A stretch of DNA of 64,000 nt, from NCBI GenBank assembly GCA_964508365.1, contig CAZDTP010000004.1:33681-97680 (forward strand). Direction: 5' to 3'. Of this stretch, positions 58,708-64,000 are shown piece after piece. The stretch comes from an uncultured archaeon (GTDB taxonomy: Archaea > Asgardarchaeota > Lokiarchaeia > Sigyniarchaeales > SOKP01). The notes below the pieces were generated by a model. The model was not told where the DNA came from and ran no database searches. It saw only the letters and a program-made list of their open reading frames with translations. Position 1 is the first letter of the stretch. Every line of letters starts with the position of its first letter. Made by a program: the position numbers and the translations under genes.

Positions 58708-61700
58708 TTGGAATTAGTCGAAGAGGCAAATAGCAATGAAAGAAGGTTCGAGTGGTTAGAAGCTGCAATTACATATTATCGAATCTCTGAAAGTTTGTTA
58801 GAACGTAAACAATATATTAAAGCAGCTGAATATTATAAAAAAGCTGGAAACGCATTCAAAAATCACGCTAATACTGTAAATAATTCGGAGGATTACATTG
58901 AAAGCAAAATGAAAGCAATAGAGGCCTACAATAAAGCCAGTGGTATTTTTAAACAACAATCTGATAGGGCTCAATTGCTTGAGGTTAATGCTGAGATAAA
59001 TTTAATTAAGGGATTAATACAAACTTCAGTTCCTAAAGCTAAGGAATTCTATCAGAATTCTTATGAATTATTTCTAAAATCAAAAGAAATTTATTCAAAA
59101 AATTCAGATTTTAACGGTCAAGCAAGATGTTTGAATGGATTAGGTTGGACTCTTTACTATAAATGTTTTTGCTGTGAAGATGCTGTGGAAATCGAAAATC
59201 TTGGTTTTTTATTACTAGCTTCAACCAAGGAATGTTGGGATATTTCAAAAAAGATAAATGAAGCGTGGTTTATGGCGAATTCAATGCTTCTTGAATATCA
59301 CATGTCTATTTTCCTCCAATTTATTATTCCTTTTACGCAGGAAAAGACTTGGATCAAAATAATAGAGGATCAAAAAAAAAGATTTGATCAGACTGCTATT
59401 CTATTAGACGATTGTGAAGATTCTAGAGTTTTAGCAACATTATTTCTCACACTTGGTGATTGGTACTGTAATTATGCTTTTTACTTCAATAGAAATGATA
59501 AGGAACAAAGATATTTTGGAGATATTGGATTAAATTATTTTCAAAAAGGTTTGAACTTGGCTAGGATAGCTAAAGACAAATCAATTTTAATAGTAGCATT
59601 AGTTAGAATCAATTATCATTCATTATTTTTAGGCAGATTTAAATTCGTACAAACCAGAGTCGAGGAGGATATAAATGAAAGCGAAAAGTTAGGTCAAATT
59701 TTTAATAACATGCATAATTTTTTAAAGCCTTTATCAATAATGTTAAAACCAATATATTATTCTAATATTGCACAAAGAAGTTTCCTAAATCCAAACCAAA
59801 GAAAATTTTATGCTTTAAAAGCAATTAGCTCTGGAGAGACATGTATCAAAGCATTCAATAATGTTTCTTTTCCTGTTATTGTTCCTATCTATCAATTTTT
59901 AGCATGGGCATATTCTCAATTAGTATATATAACAGAAACGGGTTCGGTTCGTGATAAGTACTCAGAACTGATGTTATTTAAAGCAAAAAAAGCTGCTGAG
60001 ATTAGTCGGGAATATAAAGGAGGACTTGCTAAAGCAGGAGGTTTTTCATCATTATATAAAAGTTATAAAACTCTTGCAGATATAAGTGAGACCAAGGATA
60101 TAAAAATAAAAATGCTTGAGTCTACAATTGATGCTCAAAAGCAATATATGGAACAAGAAATTGAATCACGTACCGGAATACTTGGTGCTTATATAAGGTT
60201 AGGGATATTATATGAAGAACTTGGTATTATCAAAAATAAGGAGGATTTACTAAAAAAAGCTCAAGATTTGTTTAAATACTCCGCTACTGAGGCTGTTGAT
60301 AAGGGTTATGACTCGTATGCTGCCACTGCACATGAATATCTAGCCAGGATTGACGATAGGTTAGGACAGTACAAAAATTCAGCTAAAAATTATGAAATAG
60401 CTCAACAGTTATATGAAAAATCGTTGAGTAATATAGAGTATATCCTTTTAAAAAAAAAAGTAAGAAATAAAGCTAATTATTTACACGCTTGGAGTTTAAT
60501 AGAGAATGCTAAATTTTACCATAAACAAGAAGATCACTTGATTTCGAAGGATTCTTATAAAAAAGCTTCTGAGATATTAAAAAGCACCAGGGGTTTTAAA
60601 TTTGAGGCTCCATATTATTTTGCTTGGACCCTATTGGAAGAAGCTGAGGAATTGAGTAAGAGAGATGAACATGATTTTGCAATAAATCAATATCAAACTG
60701 CTATAGACGGTTTTAAAGGAGCATTAAATATCTTAAATAAATCTGTAAATAATGTGAAAGATAAATTTGAGGTTCAGAGAATCAATAAATTAATGAAAGT
60801 AGCTGAGATCCGAATAGAATATTGTTCTGCAAAAATTAATCTTGAACATGCGAGAAATTTAGCCAAGATCGGTAAGAAAGTGGAAGCTGCTGATAGATTT
60901 GGCACCGCAGCATCGATTTTTAGAAATTTATGTTATCGTTTTAAGATAAAATTTGAGAAAGAAGAACTTGAGGCAATTTATTACCTCTGCAGAGCTTGGG
61001 AAGTCATGGAATTAGCTGAAAAACATAAAGATCCAAATAGATTTGGTGAAGCTTCAGTTTTATTTAGGAAAGCGAGTGATCTCTTTCATGAAGGTAAATT
61101 GAAATTATTAGCCTTAGGGAATTCTGACTTCTGTAAAGCATTAAAAATGGGATGTAAATTCGACGAATTAATAGAAACTGAATCAAAAAAACAACTATAT
61201 CCCGTCATTAAAACTAAATTAAGGAAAGCAGCAGAATCATATAATAGAGGAGGATTTAATAAGGGTTCTCAGTGGGCTTTAGCGACTTCAACTTATTTCG
61301 ATGCAACTTGGCATATAATGAAAGCTGATAAGGAAATTGATTTAGTAGAGAAAGAAAGACTATTAAAATTAGGTTCCAAGATACTAGAATCAACAGCAAA
61401 TCTCTTTAAAAATGCAGGATATAGAGAAAAGGAAAGGGAAATATTGGAAAAAATGTCAATGATCAAGCAAGAAGAAAAAATTATCTTATCTGCATTAAAT
61501 TCAATTCGAAAACCAGAAATATCAAATATCACCACTGGGATTATTGCACCCTCTTGTCCCTTAGAAACAAGTCAATCTCCTCGATTAAGTGAAACTCGTC
61601 AGTTCAGTGATGAAGAAAAACGTGTAGCGATAGAGAGAATAGATAGAAAGAAATATCAATTAGTCTATAGAGATCTGTTAAAAGAACATCCTAAAGTTCA

Positions 61701-62526
61701 TAAAAGCGAGTGTAGAGTTGGTATTGCTCAAATAATTGTATCCGAAACCGAAGATATCATGAAAGAATTATTCGAAATGAAATCTTCAGGACTTCTAAGT
61801 GTTAGAGAGAATAAAATTGAAGAAATAAGATCTAAAGTTAAAATTTTGATTGAAAAGGCACATAATGAGGGAGTTAATATATTGCTCTTTCCTGAAATGT
61901 CTATTGACCTTAATTACATTGAATTATATGAAGAATTATCAGATATAGCCAAATTATACGAGATGTACATAGTTCCAGGCTCTTTTCATGATCAAGAAAC
62001 AAAACGAAATATTTGTAAGGTTTTTGGACCAGAGGGTATTCTTTGGGAACAAGAGAAGCATATTCCGGCAGTCATTAGTACCGGAGCTGGAAAGCACTTT
62101 AAAGAAGGAATAAATGTTATCAGTATGCCACGGAAAACAATTATTTGTAATACCGAATATGGTAGAATAGCAATCGCTATTTGTCGAGACTTTCTTGATA
62201 TGGATTTAAGAGTAGAATTAAAAAATTTCGAACCTCCGATAGATATAATTCTTAATCCTGCCTTTACACCAGTAACAGCTGATTTTAAAGCAGCTCATTT
62301 TGATGCACGCAGATCTATTTATGCTTATTCATTTTTCGCTAATATTGGGGAATTTGGAGAATCTCTTATCTATACACCGGAAAAAGACCGTACTGATCGA
62401 ATTATTCCTGCAAAAAAGGAGGATTTAATCTATAAAGATATTTATCTTTTCAAACTTCGTTCTGAACGCCAGAAATGGGAAAAAGAGAAGAATAAAGAAC
62501 GTTTATTCATCCAAAGCACAAGATAA
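58708..62526 (+). CDS. Large TPR/alpha-solenoid protein with C-terminal carbon-nitrogen hydrolase (nitrilase-fold) domain
   Basis: About 950 aa of AAxxYxKA-type helical repeats, linker APSCPLETSQSP, then LLFPEMS, QEKHIP and AICRDF (E-K-C triad). Confidence 0.85.
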   Translation: MELVEEANSNERRFEWLEAAITYYRISESLLERKQYIKAAEYYKKAGNAFKNHANTVNNSEDYIESKMKAIEAYNKASGIFKQQSDRAQLLEVNAEINLIKGLIQTSVPKAKEFYQNSYELFLKSKEIYSKNSDFNGQARCLNGLGWTLYYKCFCCEDAVEIENLGFLLLASTKECWDISKKINEAWFMANSMLLEYHMSIFLQFIIPFTQEKTWIKIIEDQKKRFDQTAILLDDCEDSRVLATLFLTLGDWYCNYAFYFNRNDKEQRYFGDIGLNYFQKGLNLARIAKDKSILIVALVRINYHSLFLGRFKFVQTRVEEDINESEKLGQIFNNMHNFLKPLSIMLKPIYYSNIAQRSFLNPNQRKFYALKAISSGETCIKAFNNVSFPVIVPIYQFLAWAYSQLVYITETGSVRDKYSELMLFKAKKAAEISREYKGGLAKAGGFSSLYKSYKTLADISETKDIKIKMLESTIDAQKQYMEQEIESRTGILGAYIRLGILYEELGIIKNKEDLLKKAQDLFKYSATEAVDKGYDSYAATAHEYLARIDDRLGQYKNSAKNYEIAQQLYEKSLSNIEYILLKKKVRNKANYLHAWSLIENAKFYHKQEDHLISKDSYKKASEILKSTRGFKFEAPYYFAWTLLEEAEELSKRDEHDFAINQYQTAIDGFKGALNILNKSVNNVKDKFEVQRINKLMKVAEIRIEYCSAKINLEHARNLAKIGKKVEAADRFGTAASIFRNLCYRFKIKFEKEELEAIYYLCRAWEVMELAEKHKDPNRFGEASVLFRKASDLFHEGKLKLLALGNSDFCKALKMGCKFDELIETESKKQLYPVIKTKLRKAAESYNRGGFNKGSQWALATSTYFDATWHIMKADKEIDLVEKERLLKLGSKILESTANLFKNAGYREKEREILEKMSMIKQEEKIILSALNSIRKPEISNITTGIIAPSCPLETSQSPRLSETRQFSDEEKRVAIERIDRKKYQLVYRDLLKEHPKVHKSECRVGIAQIIVSETEDIMKELFEMKSSGLLSVRENKIEEIRSKVKILIEKAHNEGVNILLFPEMSIDLNYIELYEELSDIAKLYEMYIVPGSFHDQETKRNICKVFGPEGILWEQEKHIPAVISTGAGKHFKEGINVISMPRKTIICNTEYGRIAIAICRDFLDMDLRVELKNFEPPIDIILNPAFTPVTADFKAAHFDARRSIYAYSFFANIGEFGESLIYTPEKDRTDRIIPAKKEDLIYKDIYLFKLRSERQKWEKEKNKERLFIQSTR

Positions 62527-62575
62527 TGCTTTCTATTAAAAATTCTAAATTTTTTATACATCTATCATCAACTAT

Positions 62576-63072
62576 TTAGTATTTCCTTTCTTTTACTTCA
62601 AATATACCTAATACAACCAGTTTAGTTTTCAAGTCTAAGCCATCCTTTCCGCGATATATCATTAAATGGCTACGCAGTAGCTTCTGCAATGTCTAACATA
62701 GATCTGAGTTCCGCCAAAGGGGCGTTGGGCAATCAGACCTGATTCTAATCTTGAAAATGGCGCACCCATACTTTCAAACTCAACCACGATTTTTGGAGCC
62801 TCCTTATATATGAACATGACTACATCCTGATCTGCAAGATAATCCGAACCTTTTACAGTATCAAAGGCATGTCCTTCTGGTGTGTTTTTTTTGCTCTCTT
62901 CTAAATTACCCAATACTGCATTAATTCAGCCTTGAGCCGCTACTGAATAGCTTCTGATGGGATAAATTTTGCTAATGACCGCGGTGTTCCATTTTTTGGA
63001 TAACTCTGAGCCTGCTCTAAGACCACTTAAACCCGCGCCTACTACAACTACATCAAATTCTTCAACTCTCAT
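62576..63072 (-). pseudogene. sdhA: Succinate dehydrogenase/fumarate reductase flavoprotein relic with two internal deletions
   Basis: [17 protein letters not shown]...[14 protein letters not shown]...DTVKGSDYLADQD...IAQRPFGG, then out of frame ELRSMLDIAEATA, then HLMIYRGKDG...GIFEVKERKY*. Confidence 0.88.
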
Positions 63073-63157
63073 TAAAATGTATTATTCTTATATTAATTAA
63101 AAAGATTTTACCAATAATCTATAAAAAAATGAACTCAGAAGGCGAGCTTGTTTTGGA

Positions 63158-63856
63158 TTAATAATCAAAAATTAAGGCTCTTCCTTTTTTACCAACAACT
63201 TCGATTAAACCCATCTTTCTTAAACAATAGCTCATTTTTCGAGCTAAATTTAATGATATTTTAAGTGAATATGCTAATTCCAAATTAGTAAATGGAGTTT
63301 TTAAACTTGTAGGTTTAAGCATGAGAAAATCCATGGGCGTGTAAAAAGTCTTTTTTTCCAAAACTTTAACTAATTTCCGGTTGTAAATACTCCAACCATT
63401 TCTTCTCCAACTTCCATTCCCGTCATTCTTACGGTATTCTTCTATTTGAACGAGGGGCAATTCAATAGTGAAATTTAGGTTTGAAATGAATTCAGGAATT
63501 CTGATCAATTCTTCGAATATGCCTACATAAGAGTTATGTTTTGGAGATAATCGCTTGCTAATAGCTCTATTTGTTTGAGGTTCTACATTAATAATCCATT
63601 TGTCTTTTACGATTGGGTGTATTAAAAGAATTTTATGATTGGCCATTAGCTTTTCCAGTTTTCTCTTAATGATAGAAAAATTTTTGGTCTGTATCTCAAT
63701 TAGAAGATCATCTCGTACTATGTCAATTATGAAGTTATCAACTGGTGCTTCAAGCTGGTCTTCTGATTCCTTGTACCATAATTTTAAGTCAGCATGGAGA
63801 GAACTCTCATGTAAAGTTCCAATGCTTGATGAGAAATTAATGAATGGCTTGGTCAC
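63158..63856 (-). CDS. Conserved putative PD-(D/E)xK nuclease with C-terminal winged HTH
   Basis: IGTLHESSLHADLK...E.PVDNFIIDIVRDDLLIEIQT and C-terminal FTNLELA...ARKMSYCLRKMGLIEVVGKKG. Confidence 0.7.
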   Translation of the reverse strand: MTKPFINFSSSIGTLHESSLHADLKLWYKESEDQLEAPVDNFIIDIVRDDLLIEIQTKNFSIIKRKLEKLMANHKILLIHPIVKDKWIINVEPQTNRAISKRLSPKHNSYVGIFEELIRIPEFISNLNFTIELPLVQIEEYRKNDGNGSWRRNGWSIYNRKLVKVLEKKTFYTPMDFLMLKPTSLKTPFTNLELAYSLKISLNLARKMSYCLRKMGLIEVVGKKGRALIFDY

Positions 63857-64000
63857 ATGTTAATTTTATTAACGATTTGGATTAAAATGAATATAATATA
63901 GTAATATTCATAACAAAAATGTGCCTATTCAATAAATAAAAAACAATTAATTTGTGAGACGATCAACAAGTAACGTTTTAAATTTTTCGAGGTCTTTCCA

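Noticed and set aside
60450-60459. A10 run in the TPR-nitrilase as a phase-variation switch
   Set aside because: Such runs are frequent in this AT-rich, Lys-rich sequence, and the frame is intact.
62926-62928. In-frame TGA in the sdhA relic as selenocysteine (Lokiarchaeia are known to use Sec)
   Set aside because: It aligns to a conserved Gly (GGA to TGA), not Cys, and the gene has other lesions.
51-63863. Short antisense/overlapping ORFs in the track (e.g. 51..287, 635..853, 1867..2094, 2588..2899, 3068..3514, 3530..3910, 13100..13402, 31632..31901, 34221..34610, 57881..58093)
   Set aside because: They are shadows of well-supported genes on the other strand or frame and carry no motifs.
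1-64000. CRISPR array or integron-like regularly repeated att sites
   Set aside because: No short repeat recurring with regular spacers was seen in the intergenic regions, and no cas or integrase gene is present.

Overview
AT-rich (roughly 30% GC by eye) archaeal-type DNA, most likely from an Asgard archaeon (Lokiarchaeia-like). That assignment is an inference from an SDS22-type LRR protein, a GPP34/GOLPH3 homolog, a UEV-like/JAMM fusion, a small-GTPase fragment, and expanded SCP2 and CCG Fe-S families. About 55 CDS are intact. They include a class II B12-dependent ribonucleotide reductase cut by the left edge, a GH3-like adenylating enzyme, and four tandem membrane-bound left-handed beta-helix acyltransferase-like genes. 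There is also a CooC plus truncated-ACS pair, an SCP2/FAD/CCG redox cluster, beta-glucuronidase, 2-hydroxyacyl-CoA dehydratase subunits, aconitase, citrate synthase, fumarase, a HypD-type glycyl radical enzyme and a 1272-aa TPR-nitrilase fusion. The window also carries about ten gene relics that the ORF track misses or shows only in part. Several are partial direct duplicates bracketing a gene or block. Others keep both gene ends but have lost the middle (sdhA, P-type ATPase, GH94-like). No rRNA, tRNA, CRISPR array or transposase was recognised. All family assignments come from motif recognition by eye; no searches were run.
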